Positions 9,351 through 21,502 of a stretch of DNA of 64,000 nucleotides are shown here, in pieces. The DNA is from Candidatus Altiarchaeota archaeon. GTDB taxonomy: Archaea; Altiarchaeota; Altiarchaeia; IMC4; SCGC-AAA252-I15. The stretch lies in contig JBDRLL010000003.1 in assembly GCA_043813075.1 (NCBI GenBank), forward strand, positions 32,001 through 96,000, in the 5' to 3' direction. The notes below the pieces were generated by a model. It saw only the letters and a program-made list of their open reading frames with translations, ran no database searches and was not told the DNA's origin. A program made the position numbers and the translations under genes. Each line of letters starts with the position of its first letter. Position 1 is the stretch's first letter.

Positions 9351-10913
9351 CTATTTCAGTGATATCTCACCACCCCTTGAGAGAGCGTCGGAAATCAGCC
9401 TACCATGGTTAGAGGCCCTCGGAACGCGCATTACGCCAGACCGGTTGACCCTGCCAGAGTAGACCATACGGTCTCCAACATGAACTTCAACGTAACGGTT
9501 CGCGTGCGCCTGGGAACGTATTATTATGAATTTCTTGGTCCTGCTGACGGCCACACCATCCCTGCTCTGCCTGAAGGACAATGGCTTGCCCACAGGAACT
9601 ACGACAACCTCCTCCCCAAAACTGTATAACTCGTACTCCGGACTCCCGGTCTCGAAATCGCTTACCTGCAGCACTGGACGCGACAGGTCGCTTTCAGTCA
9701 TACCGTAGGGGACCTTCACGGTCATCAGAAGGGCGTATACCTTGCCGACCCAACCCTTGTCTATGTGTATGACAGTATCCACAATGTGGGGTATCATGCC
9801 CAACTCCACCCTCCCCACAAGCCTCTGGACAGCATCGATCGCCTTGCTTGAATGAGTAACGCCTATTAGGCCGACGCCGGCAAGCCGCATGTCAGCCAGC
9901 ACCTTGAAGTCGCTGGTCTTCCTGACCTCGTCGAATATCGTGTAGTCGGGTCGGACAAGCAGTAGTATGTCACTCGTCGACTCCATGCTACCGTTCAGGG
10001 GGCCGTATTGTGTTATGTACTGGTTAACCTGGAGGTCGCGGGGGTGTTCCATCGTCTTGACTATCATACCCTTTGACTGATAGTGCTCAGCCAGAGCCTG
10101 CGCGAAAGTGCTTTTACCCATTCCAGGAGAACCGGAGACAAGTATGCCCTCCGCGTGGGAGTCCAGCCTCTCGACGAGTTTCTCTGAGAGGTGGTAGTCC
10201 TCCAGTCTGGTTTTTCTTATGGGCTTGACCGCGGTTATCTCTATGCCATCGCTGAATGGGGGGCGGGTTATGACTATCCTGTAGTCTTGGACCTGTAGTA
10301 CGGTCGCGCCAGGATCCTGCTGCTCTATGAAACCCTCGGGATGCGCTATCGCGTATTCAACCAGCTCCCTAGCGTAAACGTCCGCCTGCCTCCGGGATAT
10401 TTCAGAGGAGACTACGACAAGCTCGAATGATCCTACTTCACCACGCTTAGCGAACACTGGTATGCCCTCCTTCATGTGGATGGACATCGTCTTCTCGTCA
10501 AACAATTCGAACAGCCTCGGCTTCGAATCCGTGGTCTTAGAGTCGATGTAAGAGACATTCACCCCCATCCCCCTGCATGCGAGGTAGTTTATGGGGTCGC
10601 TGGTCAATAGCATCGCTTTTTCGGATTCGGCTATGCCACGGAGTATTGAATCCAGCATTCCCGGATCTCTTGACTCGCCAGCCCTGGATTCCCTGAATTC
10701 GACTTCCTTATTAACGTCCTGGACCAGCTTCTGCAGGTTCTCCAACTCCTTCAGACCATCCAGGCCGGTCTCCATGCCTTGCCTGGCCTGCCGCTCAAGC
10801 TCTGTGAACACAGGCTCGGGGATTATCACAGTCAAGTCCCCGCCGAACCTGCTGACGTAATCTGTCAGAAGACCGTTCTTTATAACGCTCAAGTCAGGTA
10901 TAATCCGGGACAT
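9351..10913 (-). CDS. PIN domain plus PilT/VirB11-like ATPase (PINA family)
   Basis: N-terminal PIN (IIPDLSV, LLTSD), Walker A GSPGMGKST, EHPRDL, FDEVR. Confidence 0.88.
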   Translation of the reverse strand: MSRIIPDLSVIKNGLLTDYVSRFGGDLTVIIPEPVFTELERQARQGMETGLDGLKELENLQKLVQDVNKEVEFRESRAGESRDPGMLDSILRGIAESEKAMLLTSDPINYLACRGMGVNVSYIDSKTTDSKPRLFELFDEKTMSIHMKEGIPVFAKRGEVGSFELVVVSSEISRRQADVYARELVEYAIAHPEGFIEQQDPGATVLQVQDYRIVITRPPFSDGIEITAVKPIRKTRLEDYHLSEKLVERLDSHAEGILVSGSPGMGKSTFAQALAEHYQSKGMIVKTMEHPRDLQVNQYITQYGPLNGSMESTSDILLLVRPDYTIFDEVRKTSDFKVLADMRLAGVGLIGVTHSSKAIDAVQRLVGRVELGMIPHIVDTVIHIDKGWVGKVYALLMTVKVPYGMTESDLSRPVLQVSDFETGSPEYELYSFGEEVVVVPVGKPLSFRQSRDGVAVSRTKKFIIIRSQAHANRYVEVHVGDRMVYSGRVNRSGVMRVPRASNHGRLISDALSRGGEISLK

Positions 10914-11047
10914 GATTCAATTCAATATGCTTTCACACGTATAAATCAGCCAAAAACAATGAAAAAATTATTCGACGATTGACGTATTTATTTGTGTTCG
11001 TTATTTATAAGGGACAACCGATTTATTAAGACGGTCAGGTAAGCATT

Positions 11048-11746
11048 ATGACCTCCAAAGACATGCTGGCTAAGACGATAGCCGGCGAAATAACACTATC
11101 AAAAAGGCCATCAGAGACCCTCAGGAAATGGAGGGAGATATTCGGGGTAAGGCAGGCCGAACTGGCCGAAGAATTAGGGGTCACGCCCTCAGTGATATCA
11201 GACTACGAGAAAGCGAGGAGGAAGACCCCGGGAACAACATTCATAAAAAAATACGTTGAAGCCCTGATAGGGTTAGACGAGTCGACGGGCGGGAAGGTGA
11301 CTGAAAAACTGTCGCCAGAGACGGAAACCGCCATACTCGACATAAGAGAACTATTGGAGCCAGTGAGGGCATCAAGGTTCGTGAAGATAGTAGAGGGCGA
11401 GGTGATCGCTAACAAGCACCTGCTCAAAAAAGAACTGGACGGCTACACCGTAGTCGACAGCATACAGGCGATACTAAAACTCTCCGACAGGGAGTTGGGC
11501 CAGATATACGGCACCAGCTCCAGGAGAGCGATAGTGTTCACAAAAGTGACGTATGGCAGGTCTCCGATGGTCGCCATAAAGGTGACGCACCACAAGCCGG
11601 CGATGGTGGTCCTACACGGGCTAAAACCGGAAAAAGTGGACAAGCTAGCCAAACACATAGCGGAGATAGAGGGCATAACGCTGGTTGTGACACGAATGGA
11701 GGACGAGGAAGAGCTCGTCAGAAGACTAAGGGAAAAAATACTCTGA
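11048..11746 (+). CDS. Xre-HTH transcriptional regulator typical of the archaeal mevalonate cluster
   Basis: [35 protein letters not shown]; directly upstream of HMG-CoA synthase. Confidence 0.88.
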   Translation: MTSKDMLAKTIAGEITLSKRPSETLRKWREIFGVRQAELAEELGVTPSVISDYEKARRKTPGTTFIKKYVEALIGLDESTGGKVTEKLSPETETAILDIRELLEPVRASRFVKIVEGEVIANKHLLKKELDGYTVVDSIQAILKLSDRELGQIYGTSSRRAIVFTKVTYGRSPMVAIKVTHHKPAMVVLHGLKPEKVDKLAKHIAEIEGITLVVTRMEDEEELVRRLREKIL

Positions 11747-11748
11747 AA

Positions 11749-12798
11749 ATGCACGGGATAGTCGGATACGGGGCATACGTCCCAAGATACAGGATAAAGA
11801 CTGGCGAGATAGCCAGAGTCTGGGGCGAAGACGGGAAAAGGATAAGCAAAGGCCTTAACGTGATCGAGAAGAGCGTCCCAGCCATAGATGAAGACGCCGT
11901 CACCATAAGCGTCGAAGCAGCGAGACTCGCCTTAGCCCACAGCAAGGTGAACCCGAAAGACATCGAGGCAGTGTACGTCGGCTCTGAATCCCACCCATAC
12001 GCCGTAAAACCGACGGCAACAATCGTCGCAGAAGCGATAGAAGCAACACCACACCTAACCGCAGCAGACTACGAGTTCGCATGCAAGGCAGGTACTGCGG
12101 CAATACAGACATGCCTGGGGCTCGTGAAGTCTAAGCTAATAAAATACGGGATGGCCATCGGAGCTGACACATCCCAGGGAAGGCCTGGCGACGCACTTGA
12201 ATACACCGCGTCAGCCGGAGGGGCAGCCTACATCATAGGAGGGGAAAACGTAATTGCAGAGATAAAGGACACGTACTCTTTCACCACAGACACACCAGAC
12301 TTCTGGAGGAGGGAGGGACAGCCATTCCCGAAACACGGTTCAAGATTCACCGGCGAGCCGGCGTACTTCAAACACGTTTACGAGGCGTCAAACAGGATAA
12401 TGGAGAGGAACAACCTTAAGCCTGAAGACTTCGAGTACGCGGTATTCCACCAGCCTAACGGAAAATTCCCGCTGAGGGTCGGAGCCACATTAGGATTCAC
12501 TAAAGAGCAGATAGAGAAGGGACTATTAACCCCGATTATAGGAAACACGTACAGCGGAGCGTCGCCGCTCGGACTGGTGGCAGTGCTCGACGAGGCGAAG
12601 GAAGGCGAACGCATACTCCTAACATCCTACGGCAGCGGCGCTGGAAGCGACTCATTCATAATAGAAGTCACGGAAGAGAACGAGAAAAACAGGAACACGA
12701 AGCCTCTCAGAAAAATGATAGAAAAAAAAGAGTACGTGGACTACGCAATCTACGCCAAAAACAAGGGCAAGCTGAAGGGGGTTAACCTGGAAAAATGA
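11749..12798 (+). CDS. hmgB: Archaeal hydroxymethylglutaryl-CoA synthase
   Basis: [33 protein letters not shown]. Confidence 0.95.
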   Translation: MHGIVGYGAYVPRYRIKTGEIARVWGEDGKRISKGLNVIEKSVPAIDEDAVTISVEAARLALAHSKVNPKDIEAVYVGSESHPYAVKPTATIVAEAIEATPHLTAADYEFACKAGTAAIQTCLGLVKSKLIKYGMAIGADTSQGRPGDALEYTASAGGAAYIIGGENVIAEIKDTYSFTTDTPDFWRREGQPFPKHGSRFTGEPAYFKHVYEASNRIMERNNLKPEDFEYAVFHQPNGKFPLRVGATLGFTKEQIEKGLLTPIIGNTYSGASPLGLVAVLDEAKEGERILLTSYGSGAGSDSFIIEVTEENEKNRNTKPLRKMIEKKEYVDYAIYAKNKGKLKGVNLEK

Positions 12799-13964
12799 AC
12801 GGAGAACGAGTGGCTGTGGTCGGCATAGGCATGACAGAGTTCGGGGAATTCTGGGAGAAAAGCTATAGAGACCTGATAAGTGACGCGGGAGCGAGCGCCA
12901 TAAAAGACGCAGGCATAGACGGCAAGGAAGTTGACGCGATATTCGTCGGCTCCATGAGCCCTGGACTGTTCATAGGACAAGAACACATAGGCGCCCTAGT
13001 GGCAGACTACTCGGGACTGGCAGGCATACCGGCGACAAGAGTCGAGGCTGCGTGCGCTTCAGGAGGCCTTGCGCTGAGATCAGCATTCCTCTCGATAAAG
13101 GCAGGAGTCCACGACATAGTAGTCGCAGGCGGAGTCGAGAAGATGACTGACGTCAGCACTTCACACGCGACAGTAGCCCTCGCTGGAGCTGGAGACCAAG
13201 AGTGGGAGGCATTCCACGGAGCCACATTCCCCGCACTATACGCTTTCATGGCCCAGAGACATATGCTGGAGTACGGCACAAAGGAAGAGCACCTCGCGAT
13301 GGTTGCTGTGAAAAACCATAATAACGGAAGCATGAACCCGAAGGCACAATTCAAGAACAAGATAACAGTGGAAAACGTAATGAACTCAAGCCCCATAGCA
13401 GACCCCCTGAAGCTCCTAGACTGCTCGCCCATAACAGACGGGGCGGCGGTCGTAATACTCGCAGGCGAGAAAAAAGCGAAGAAGCTGACAGACAACCCCA
13501 TATGGATAACAGGCTCAGGGCAATCCTCAGACACGCTCGCACTACACGACCGGAAAAGCCTTTGCAAGACCGAGGCGGCCATAAAAGCGGGGAGAGACGC
13601 CTACAAGATGGCTGGCGTTAAGCCGGATGACATAGACTTCGCTGAAGTCCATGACTGCTTCACCATAGCCGAATTAATGGCCATAGAGAGCCTAGGATTC
13701 TGTGATATAGGCAAGGGCGGTAAATTCACTGAAGACGGTGAGACGAGGATAGAGGGCAGCAGACCGGTCAACACCAGCGGCGGGCTGAAATCAAAGGGAC
13801 ATCCCGTTGGGGCGACGGGCATAGCACAAGCATACGAGGCTGTGACACAGTTAAGAGGAGACGCAGGCAAGAGGCAGGTTAAGGACGCTAGAATAGGCTT
13901 GACCCACAATGTGGGCGGCAGCGGAGCAACATGCCTGGTACACATTTTCGAGAGGGATGAGTGA
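12795..13964 (+). CDS. Acetyl-CoA C-acetyltransferase (thiolase)
   Basis: [22 protein letters not shown]; overlaps HMGCS stop. Confidence 0.95.
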   Translation: MNGERVAVVGIGMTEFGEFWEKSYRDLISDAGASAIKDAGIDGKEVDAIFVGSMSPGLFIGQEHIGALVADYSGLAGIPATRVEAACASGGLALRSAFLSIKAGVHDIVVAGGVEKMTDVSTSHATVALAGAGDQEWEAFHGATFPALYAFMAQRHMLEYGTKEEHLAMVAVKNHNNGSMNPKAQFKNKITVENVMNSSPIADPLKLLDCSPITDGAAVVILAGEKKAKKLTDNPIWITGSGQSSDTLALHDRKSLCKTEAAIKAGRDAYKMAGVKPDDIDFAEVHDCFTIAELMAIESLGFCDIGKGGKFTEDGETRIEGSRPVNTSGGLKSKGHPVGATGIAQAYEAVTQLRGDAGKRQVKDARIGLTHNVGGSGATCLVHIFERDE

Positions 13965-14368
13965 TGAGTGAGGGACTGGCACTGCACTGGAGGCTGATAC
14001 CCCCGAGATACAATCTTGTGGGAACAATATGCAAGAACTGCGGCACAAAATTCTTCCCCCCAAGAAACCTATGCCCCGACTGCAGGAGAAAGAGCAGGAT
14101 AGAGCCGTACAAGTTCAACGGCAAGGGAGAGATATACTCTTACACGATAGTAAGGGCCACGCCAACAGGATTCGACTACATGAAGCCTTACGGTCTCGCG
14201 GTGATAAAACTGGATGAAAGCGACGCGATGCTGACAGCGCAGATAGTCGACTGCAAGCTGGAGGACATTGAAATCGGCAAGAAGGTTGCCATGGTATTCC
14301 GGAAGATTGTCGCAGACGATGACGAGGGCATAATAAGATACGGATACAAGTTCAAGCTCGTTGAATAG
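13961..14368 (+). CDS. DUF35 Zn-ribbon/OB-fold scaffold of the thiolase-HMGCS complex
   Basis: CKNCG..FPPR..CPDC, YGYKF; conserved context. Confidence 0.93.
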   Translation: MMSEGLALHWRLIPPRYNLVGTICKNCGTKFFPPRNLCPDCRRKSRIEPYKFNGKGEIYSYTIVRATPTGFDYMKPYGLAVIKLDESDAMLTAQIVDCKLEDIEIGKKVAMVFRKIVADDDEGIIRYGYKFKLVE

Positions 14369-14373
14369 GACGC

Positions 14374-14835
14374 CTATTCATTCTCGCATACAATCAACCG
14401 GGTTATGTTGCTCTTAGCCTCAGAGAGAGGATGGAAGCGGGATAATATCATCATGGTCAGAAGGGTGACGATAAACGCCAGTATGTAGAATCCTAGTCCG
14501 ACAGATATCCCGACAGCAGCAGCTATCCATACTCCAGCGGCAGTGGTAATACCGTGGATTATATTGTCACGCTCCCTCCATATCAGGCCGCCGCCGATGA
14601 ATCCGACGCCAGTGACAATCTGCGAGACGATGCGCTCAGGATTAACAGAGCCTGGAAAACCATTGATAGACAATACAGTGAATACCGCAGCCCCCATGCA
14701 TATGAGGGAGAATGTCCGAGAACCCGCACCCTTAGGACCGCCCTTCCTCTCCAAGCCGATAAGGAGTCCGAGGAATGCCGCGAATATGACGTCAAGAATC
14801 ATCGCCAACTCCACGACGAGACGGTCGAATACCAT
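14374..14835 (-). CDS. MgtC/SapB family membrane protein
   Basis: IGLER..AGSRTF, RIVSQIVTGVGFIGGG, GITTAA; start uncertain. Confidence 0.9.
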   Translation of the reverse strand: MVFDRLVVELAMILDVIFAAFLGLLIGLERKGGPKGAGSRTFSLICMGAAVFTVLSINGFPGSVNPERIVSQIVTGVGFIGGGLIWRERDNIIHGITTAAGVWIAAAVGISVGLGFYILAFIVTLLTMMILSRFHPLSEAKSNITRLIVCENE

Positions 14836-14895
14836 AATAAAGATGAGGTGGCGTAAGATAAAAAGACATAAAACCATGTACTGCGCTATTATAAC

Positions 14896-16275
14896 ATGGC
14901 GAACGGTTCACGACTGAGGGATTTAACTGGAGGAGCCCTACAATCATATAACTCGATGGAAGGCTTAACACCACCCAAGGGAATAAGGAGGGAGGCGAGA
15001 GTCGCTGCAGGCATAGACATAGGCGGGAAATACACGAAAGTCCTGGTTGAATCCAATGACGGTCGTGGAGGATATGCCGAAGTCCCCACATTCAAGAAAA
15101 GCGATGACATGCCCGTAGAAGAAAGGGTTAGGGGACTTGTAGATTCTACCATGCGGGCAATACTAGCAGCCGCGGCAGAGGGGGGCATAGAAGTGAGTGA
15201 GATAGACGCGATAGGCTTCGGAGCCCCGGGAGCCAGAAACCCGAAGACAGGGACATTCAGGATGCCGAACGCCATTGGAATGGGATCTGACGGAAAAATC
15301 GCTGAAGTAGACTTCGAGAGAGGACTTAGGACAGCGCTCGCAGCCAAAGGACTCAAGAAAGACGCGCACGTCAGGGGAGGCAACGACTGCGACGTGGCAG
15401 CGGCAGCGGTTGACTTGGGCGAAGCAGTGAAAACCGTTAAGGAAGGTTCAGGGGACTGGAGGACGCTAGAGGGTGGGGAGGAATCATTCTACATACTGCT
15501 CGGGACAGGCATAGGAGTCGGCTGGAACACCAAGGACGGGATAAACGAAGGCGCGACAGGGAAAATGGAGGGAGGCCACAGTGAAGTGCAGACAGGACTG
15601 GAGTGGATCACGTGCGGCTGCGGTAAACCCAACCACGGGAGCGTGTGCGTTGAAGCAGTCGCCTCGACGACAGGCCAGGAAAAGATTATGAAGAGATTCG
15701 TCCAACACGCGTTCAGGGACGCGTCACTGCTGAAGGCGGATGAAATGAAAATCCTGCTTGATGAGACAAGAAGATGGAACCAGGAGAAACTAGGTAAAGG
15801 CGTTTCAGGGGAGGAGGTAGAGACCCTGGGTAAAAGCATCGCAGCCATAAACGCCATAATGGGCAGGCTAGAAGGAAGAGGAGATGCAGTTAACATGGCC
15901 GCCCTCGCTGAAGACATACAATTCGACTGCGGGATAATACACGGTCTAGCGACCGGGAAGAACCCCAGGGTGAGCCTGTGCGCTGAAGTCACAGAATTGG
16001 CTGGACAACACCTTGGGAGATACATGAGGAACACGATCATGCTAAGAAACCCGAAGAGGATAGTTATAGGTGGGGGAGGAGGCAGGACATTCAACTCTGG
16101 AGACGAAACCACAAACCCATTCTGGAGGGGGATGATGAGCGAACTCAGGGACGAATACGACCCGTTCGGCTCCATCAGAGACACGTGGATTATAATGGCA
16201 GACAAGGACAAGAACCTGGGGATAGACGGCAGCCTAAGGCTAGCAAGACTAGAATACGCCCGTAAGGCCCCATAA
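14896..16275 (+). CDS. Divergent ROK-family sugar kinase-like protein
   Basis: GIDIGG, GFGAPG, ND, LGTGIG, EGGH, CGCG..C.E, IVIGGG; longer than usual (459 aa). Confidence 0.8.
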   Translation: MANGSRLRDLTGGALQSYNSMEGLTPPKGIRREARVAAGIDIGGKYTKVLVESNDGRGGYAEVPTFKKSDDMPVEERVRGLVDSTMRAILAAAAEGGIEVSEIDAIGFGAPGARNPKTGTFRMPNAIGMGSDGKIAEVDFERGLRTALAAKGLKKDAHVRGGNDCDVAAAAVDLGEAVKTVKEGSGDWRTLEGGEESFYILLGTGIGVGWNTKDGINEGATGKMEGGHSEVQTGLEWITCGCGKPNHGSVCVEAVASTTGQEKIMKRFVQHAFRDASLLKADEMKILLDETRRWNQEKLGKGVSGEEVETLGKSIAAINAIMGRLEGRGDAVNMAALAEDIQFDCGIIHGLATGKNPRVSLCAEVTELAGQHLGRYMRNTIMLRNPKRIVIGGGGGRTFNSGDETTNPFWRGMMSELRDEYDPFGSIRDTWIIMADKDKNLGIDGSLRLARLEYARKAP

Positions 16276-16299
16276 AAAAAGGTATTTGAAGGGAATGAC

Positions 16300-17481
16300 C
16301 TAGAATGTCTGGACGTCCCCCTTCATACACCTCTCAGTCAAGTCAGTGACGTGCTCAAGCCAGTAGTCGCTGATCTCAGCAGCCTTCTTCTCTATTCCCC
16401 CATCACCCCAAACCTGCACGCTAGCGCACAACGGCTGGTCGATTGGCTTGCCAATCTGACTCATCAAACGCACGTAAGCCTGTCTAGCACCTGCCTCGGC
16501 AATCTGCATCGCAATCTCCTTTGAAAGAAGGTTGTATAACTTGCCGACATGATTGACTGGATTCTTGCCTGCAGTAGCCTCCATGCTCATGGGACGATAG
16601 GGTGTGATAAGCCCGTTCGCACGGTTGCCCCTGCCCACTGAACCGTCGTCACCCTGCTCAGAGCTGGTACCAGTCACAGTCACGAAGACCTCCTCATCAT
16701 CATAATTGTCTCCAGTATTGATTTCAACCTTAACATCCCTGTCGGTTATGCCCGCCACAAAGTCTTCCACAAGACGGGTCTCCTCCTCCATAATGCTCTG
16801 ATAGTCGGCGAAACTGGGTATATGCCTTGAGACCATAGCATTGCAGATAGTCAACGTTATCTTGTCGTCATAGCGGACGCCCATAACCTTGATGTCAGTC
16901 CCACTGCCCTTAATCTTCTTCTTCATAGGGCCGTTCATGTAGGCCTCGGTCTCATATACTAGCTTCTCCACCAGACTGAATGGCGCAAAACTCACTCCAA
17001 ACGAAGTGTCATTACTCCTTGGAACGCCATCACGACTGAAAACATCCCTAAGGTCTGTTGAACCAATACCTATCTTCTGGTCAAGGATGACATCCTTGCC
17101 GACCTTTATGTCAGGTATCAGAGACTCAAGATATTCCTTGGCTGCATTAATAGCTATCTCACCCACCGGAATCTCCTGATTATCAACCTTAGTGGTAGCC
17201 CTGCCACTCAATAGTATGTAAAACGGCTTGTCAATGCTTCCAGCACCCCAGTCAGGACTGCTCAACCCACCAACCAGCTCCACCTGGTCCGTGTTATGAT
17301 GCATTATATGCCCAAACCTCTTCACATACTCCTTAGACAACGCCCTGCTCACAGCCTCAGCTAGTCCATCGCATATGCTGTCAGGATGTCCGACACCTTT
17401 CCTCTCAACGAGTTCTGTCCCATGCTCTTCCAGGACAGGTTCCTTCATAGACTCAACGCTTATATTCCTCATTTCAATCAC
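16300..17481 (-). CDS. mat: Archaeal S-adenosylmethionine synthetase
   Basis: [42 protein letters not shown]. Confidence 0.95.
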   Translation of the reverse strand: MIEMRNISVESMKEPVLEEHGTELVERKGVGHPDSICDGLAEAVSRALSKEYVKRFGHIMHHNTDQVELVGGLSSPDWGAGSIDKPFYILLSGRATTKVDNQEIPVGEIAINAAKEYLESLIPDIKVGKDVILDQKIGIGSTDLRDVFSRDGVPRSNDTSFGVSFAPFSLVEKLVYETEAYMNGPMKKKIKGSGTDIKVMGVRYDDKITLTICNAMVSRHIPSFADYQSIMEEETRLVEDFVAGITDRDVKVEINTGDNYDDEEVFVTVTGTSSEQGDDGSVGRGNRANGLITPYRPMSMEATAGKNPVNHVGKLYNLLSKEIAMQIAEAGARQAYVRLMSQIGKPIDQPLCASVQVWGDGGIEKKAAEISDYWLEHVTDLTERCMKGDVQTF

Positions 17482-18419
17482 TTGGATTTAGCATCAGTTA
17501 TGCCATCAGTGACAACCTCGAAAACACATTCCGCGTCAGGCATGTTGGGGGAGTCGATAAGGGACGCAACCCTCTTAGAACCCTTACCCTTCTTCAAATA
17601 AACCCTGAATGTAGAGTGATGGCCGACTATGTGACCGCCTATTGGCGCGGTCGGGTCGCCGAACAGTATGTCAGGCCTCGACATGACCTGGTTAGTGACT
17701 ATGACAGCGGCATTATGAAGGTCAGCTATCTTCCTCTGGAGGGTGTGCATGTGCCTGTTAAGCTTCTGCTGCCTTGAGGCGAGCGTGCCACGGCCAGTGT
17801 ATTCAGCCCGGAAATGCGCCGTAAGCGAGTCGACTATGAGCAGTTTTATGTTCTTCTCCTTCATCATCTCAGCCGCTTTCTCTGCGAGAAGCATCTGGTG
17901 GTCGCTGTTGTATGCACGCGCGACATATATGTTCTTCAACACCTCTTCAGGCTTTAGCTTAAGCGCCTTAGCCATCTGCTGGATACGTTCAGGCCTGAAC
18001 GTGTTTTCGGTGTCAATGTATATTGCGCTGCCTTCCAGACCACCCTTGGACTTGGGAAGCTGCACGTTGACTGCAAGCTGGTGAGCCACCTGAGTCTTGC
18101 CGGAACCGAATTTGCCGAACATCTCTGTTATGGCCTGTGTCTCGATTCCGCCACCGAAAAGCTTGTCGAATTCCTTGCTGCCGGTGGATAGCTTACCAAC
18201 CAAATCTCTTTTCGCTAGGACTTCCAGGCCAGACTCGAAGCCCATCTTGAGGTTATCGCGGGCTGCGGCAACGATCTTTACTGCGGTCGCTTCTCCAATC
18301 CCGATATCCTTCATCTCATTGGTGGATGCTGCGGCAATCGCCTCTAGGGTGTCGTATCCCGCCTCCTTGAGCTTTTCAGCTATGGATTCCCCGACACCAG
18401 GTAGTTCCTCTATTTCCAT
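17478..18419 (-). CDS. radA: DNA repair and recombination protein RadA
   Basis: HhH N-terminus, [30 protein letters not shown]. Confidence 0.97.
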   Translation of the reverse strand: MEIEELPGVGESIAEKLKEAGYDTLEAIAAASTNEMKDIGIGEATAVKIVAAARDNLKMGFESGLEVLAKRDLVGKLSTGSKEFDKLFGGGIETQAITEMFGKFGSGKTQVAHQLAVNVQLPKSKGGLEGSAIYIDTENTFRPERIQQMAKALKLKPEEVLKNIYVARAYNSDHQMLLAEKAAEMMKEKNIKLLIVDSLTAHFRAEYTGRGTLASRQQKLNRHMHTLQRKIADLHNAAVIVTNQVMSRPDILFGDPTAPIGGHIVGHHSTFRVYLKKGKGSKRVASLIDSPNMPDAECVFEVVTDGITDAKSK

Positions 18420-18486
18420 TTCAGAGCTAACAGTTATTTGAAGATGACATTAAAAAATGGCCTACAGAGAGAGTGATTGAAAAGTA

Positions 18487-20436
18487 TTAATCCATGATTT
18501 TGCCTAGTTTTTCTATTATCTTGTCGCCGCGCAAAAGGGAGTTTTTCAGCACGTCTATCAGCGTCTTCGCGGGTATGATCTCTATCTTGCCCTCATACTT
18601 TTTCTCCAGTAGGACATCCTTCATGTTGCTTTCAGGTATTATAACCCTCTTTAAGCCAGCCTCTATGGCAGCCTCTATCTTGTGGGTTACACCACCTACT
18701 GGAAGAACCTCGCCCCTAACAGTAAGGGATCCTGTCATCGCGACTTCCTGGCTGACCGGAACCTTCTCCAACGCGGATATCACCGCTACTGCAACGCTCA
18801 CTGAAGCGGAGTCACCCTCAACACCCTCATACGTCTGGAGGAACTGGACGTGTATGTCGTGGTTGCTCACATCCTTGCCGCTAATCATCTTGACCAATGC
18901 CGAAACGTTCGTCACCGCTTCTTTCGCTATCTCACCCAGCTTCCCTGTGGCGATTATCTTCCCAGACTTCTGCGTGTGAGCGGGAGCGACCTCAGCGACT
19001 ATGGGGAGCACCGTCCCCCCGTCACCCATGACTGCGAGACCGTTCACCCGACCAACCTTGCTGCCTTCGATGATGAGAATGTTGTACTCCTTCTTCCGAT
19101 CCAAGTAGACGTCGCCAATCTGCTGCTCAAGGGTTCTCGCAGACTTCTTACCCTCAAAAACATCCTGTGGAGTCACATACTTGTGCTTCTTCTCGTTCGC
19201 TATGTCCCCCGCAGCCCGTATGAGACCTCCGAGCTCGCGGAACTTCAACGTGATCTTATCTCGCATGCCAGCCTTTCTCTTGGCCTCACGGATTATCTCC
19301 TCCACAGCCTCCTTCGTGAAGTGGGGTATCTTACCGTCCTTCGTAACCTCCTGGGCGACGAACTGGATGAACTTCTTGCGCACTTCATCTGTGTCGTCAA
19401 CCATCTCCTCCATGAATATCTCATACCCGTAGCCACGTATCCTGGATCGGAGGGCCGGATGCATCTGCTCTATCACCTGGATGTTGCCTGCCGCTATTAG
19501 TATGAAATCGCAGGGCACCGGATCTGTCATCACCATAGCCCCTGAACTCATCTCGCTCCGCCCGGTTATGCCAAGCCTCTTCTCCTGTATTGCTGTCAGA
19601 AGATCCAGCTGGCTCTTACCTAAAGTCCCGACCTCGTCGATGAACAACACCCCCTTATTGGCCTTGTGGATAAAACCCGCTACAACACGGACGTGGGCAG
19701 GTGTGCCGAGACCACCACTCTGCAGGGGATCATGCTTCACATCACCGAGAAGCGCTCCAGCGTGAGCTCCAGTACCGTCGAAGAACGGAGCCATCTTGCG
19801 TTCCGCATTATCGACTATAAGCCGGGGGACCATAGTCTTGGAGCCGCCCATAACACCCCTTATGTTCACCCCAAACAACAGCAGTAATACAACCCCGAAC
19901 GCCATCCACGCAGCGACTATTATACCGTCCTTGACTATGCCGAAGATGTAGGCGCCTATCGGCAGCAGCAGGAACAGGAAGAATAGCATGGGCATGCTGA
20001 TCCCCTTACCGCCGGAACTAGCAGACTCCTTATCCCGCTCCGCCTTGATTATCTTCCTGCCCTCACCAGCAGGAACAACTATGGTCTTTGGGTTGTTCTC
20101 ATCCTCCATGTTGGCGATGCTCAACACATCAACCAGTTCCTCACACGGCAGGAGTTCGGCCATAGCGTTCGCGAGCATGCTCTTTCCAGTACCAGGCTCG
20201 CCTATGAGCAGTATGTGGCGCCTCTGCCTCGCAGCCTTCTTTATTATGCCTACCGCCTTGTCCTGACCGATGACCTGGTCTATAATCCGCTTTGGAACGT
20301 GAATCTCGTCCGTGTTCTTGAAGTCACTCCACTTCTTCATGTCCTCGACATTCTTCTTCTCGTCCGCGACGACACTCTCCGACTCCTTCTTGTCTAAGGG
20401 CTTATCCGCGGAAACAGTATTCTCTTCCATGCTCAA
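18487..20436 (-). CDS. lonB: Membrane-anchored ATP-dependent protease LonB
   Basis: [14 protein letters not shown], two TM helices, [19 protein letters not shown]. Confidence 0.96.
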   Translation of the reverse strand: MSMEENTVSADKPLDKKESESVVADEKKNVEDMKKWSDFKNTDEIHVPKRIIDQVIGQDKAVGIIKKAARQRRHILLIGEPGTGKSMLANAMAELLPCEELVDVLSIANMEDENNPKTIVVPAGEGRKIIKAERDKESASSGGKGISMPMLFFLFLLLPIGAYIFGIVKDGIIVAAWMAFGVVLLLLFGVNIRGVMGGSKTMVPRLIVDNAERKMAPFFDGTGAHAGALLGDVKHDPLQSGGLGTPAHVRVVAGFIHKANKGVLFIDEVGTLGKSQLDLLTAIQEKRLGITGRSEMSSGAMVMTDPVPCDFILIAAGNIQVIEQMHPALRSRIRGYGYEIFMEEMVDDTDEVRKKFIQFVAQEVTKDGKIPHFTKEAVEEIIREAKRKAGMRDKITLKFRELGGLIRAAGDIANEKKHKYVTPQDVFEGKKSARTLEQQIGDVYLDRKKEYNILIIEGSKVGRVNGLAVMGDGGTVLPIVAEVAPAHTQKSGKIIATGKLGEIAKEAVTNVSALVKMISGKDVSNHDIHVQFLQTYEGVEGDSASVSVAVAVISALEKVPVSQEVAMTGSLTVRGEVLPVGGVTHKIEAAIEAGLKRVIIPESNMKDVLLEKKYEGKIEIIPAKTLIDVLKNSLLRGDKIIEKLGKIMD

Positions 20437-20473
20437 GTAATACTAGTATTAAAATTTAATAACCAGGGAGGGT

Positions 20474-21448
20474 TCACCAGGTCACTATTATGTCATCAGT
20501 CCTCTGCCTGCTGTCGACGACCGTGTCTGAGACGCTCATCCTGACACCCGCATCATGCATCTTCAGGCCGGTCATCCCTATCATAACCCCGTTGTCGCCC
20601 AGAAACCTACCGGGGAAGTCAAAGCACGCACCGTGTTCACCAGTCATTAGTGACATCATCTCCTGAAGCCGCTTATTGTATCCCACCCCGCCCGCGAGGA
20701 GCACCTCCTTTGCCTTAAGGTGTGCCAGCGCCCTCTCTGAGACCTCACACATCATGCTGAACGCAGTCTCCTGAAGGCTGAAGCAGACGTCCTCAAGCCG
20801 TTCACCAGACCTGTACTTCTGGAGGGCGGCAGTCAGTATGCCGGAAAAACTCATGTCAGTCCCCTTAACCACATAGGGGAGTTCAATGTACTTGCCTCCG
20901 TTACGAGCCAACTCCTCTATCTTCGGGCCTGCAGGATGGGATAGGCCAGTCTCCCTCCCGAACTTGTCGAGCATGTTTCCAGCCCCTATGTCCAGAGTCT
21001 CCCCGAATACCCGGTACCTGCCGTCCTTGAGCTTGATGACCTGGCTGTTAGCGCCAGACACGTAAAGCACAAGAGGGTCTGTGAACCCGGATAAAATCTT
21101 TCCAACCTCTATGTGGGCTACACAATGGTTGACGCCTATCAGGGGGATGTTATAGTGGAGTGACAATGCTCTCGCGGCAGTGGCGACAGTGCGCAGGCAA
21201 GGGCCTAGACCAGGACCCTGGCTGAAAGCTATCAAACCCACTTCACTTATGGATATTCCAGCATCATTCAACGCCTTGTCCAATGTAGGCTTAACGCGTT
21301 CAGTCATGTGCTGGCTCGCATCACGAGGGTGTATGCCCCCAGACTCAGGACTGTACGTGTCGCGGACATCAGCCAACACATTGTATTCCCCGTCAACCAC
21401 GCCCACACCCATAGTATGTGCGGTACCCTCAAAACCGACTACAATCAT
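20474..21448 (-). CDS. kae1: KEOPS t6A threonylcarbamoyltransferase Kae1 (not fused to Bud32)
   Basis: EGTAHT, GGIHP, HCVAHIE, ETLDIG.GN..D, DNG. Confidence 0.95.
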   Translation of the reverse strand: MIVVGFEGTAHTMGVGVVDGEYNVLADVRDTYSPESGGIHPRDASQHMTERVKPTLDKALNDAGISISEVGLIAFSQGPGLGPCLRTVATAARALSLHYNIPLIGVNHCVAHIEVGKILSGFTDPLVLYVSGANSQVIKLKDGRYRVFGETLDIGAGNMLDKFGRETGLSHPAGPKIEELARNGGKYIELPYVVKGTDMSFSGILTAALQKYRSGERLEDVCFSLQETAFSMMCEVSERALAHLKAKEVLLAGGVGYNKRLQEMMSLMTGEHGACFDFPGRFLGDNGVMIGMTGLKMHDAGVRMSVSDTVVDSRQRTDDIIVTW

Positions 21449-21502
21449 CGTTTAATACGGTGTATGGCAGGCATAAAAACACTTGAAACAAAGTAGTATT
21501 CA

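Noticed and set aside
11048-14368. HTH-HMGCS-thiolase-DUF35 cluster as a novel system
   Set aside because: Well-known conserved archaeal mevalonate module
7277-20436. Possible inteins in MCM, RadA and LonB
   Set aside because: Lengths are normal and motifs are uninterrupted
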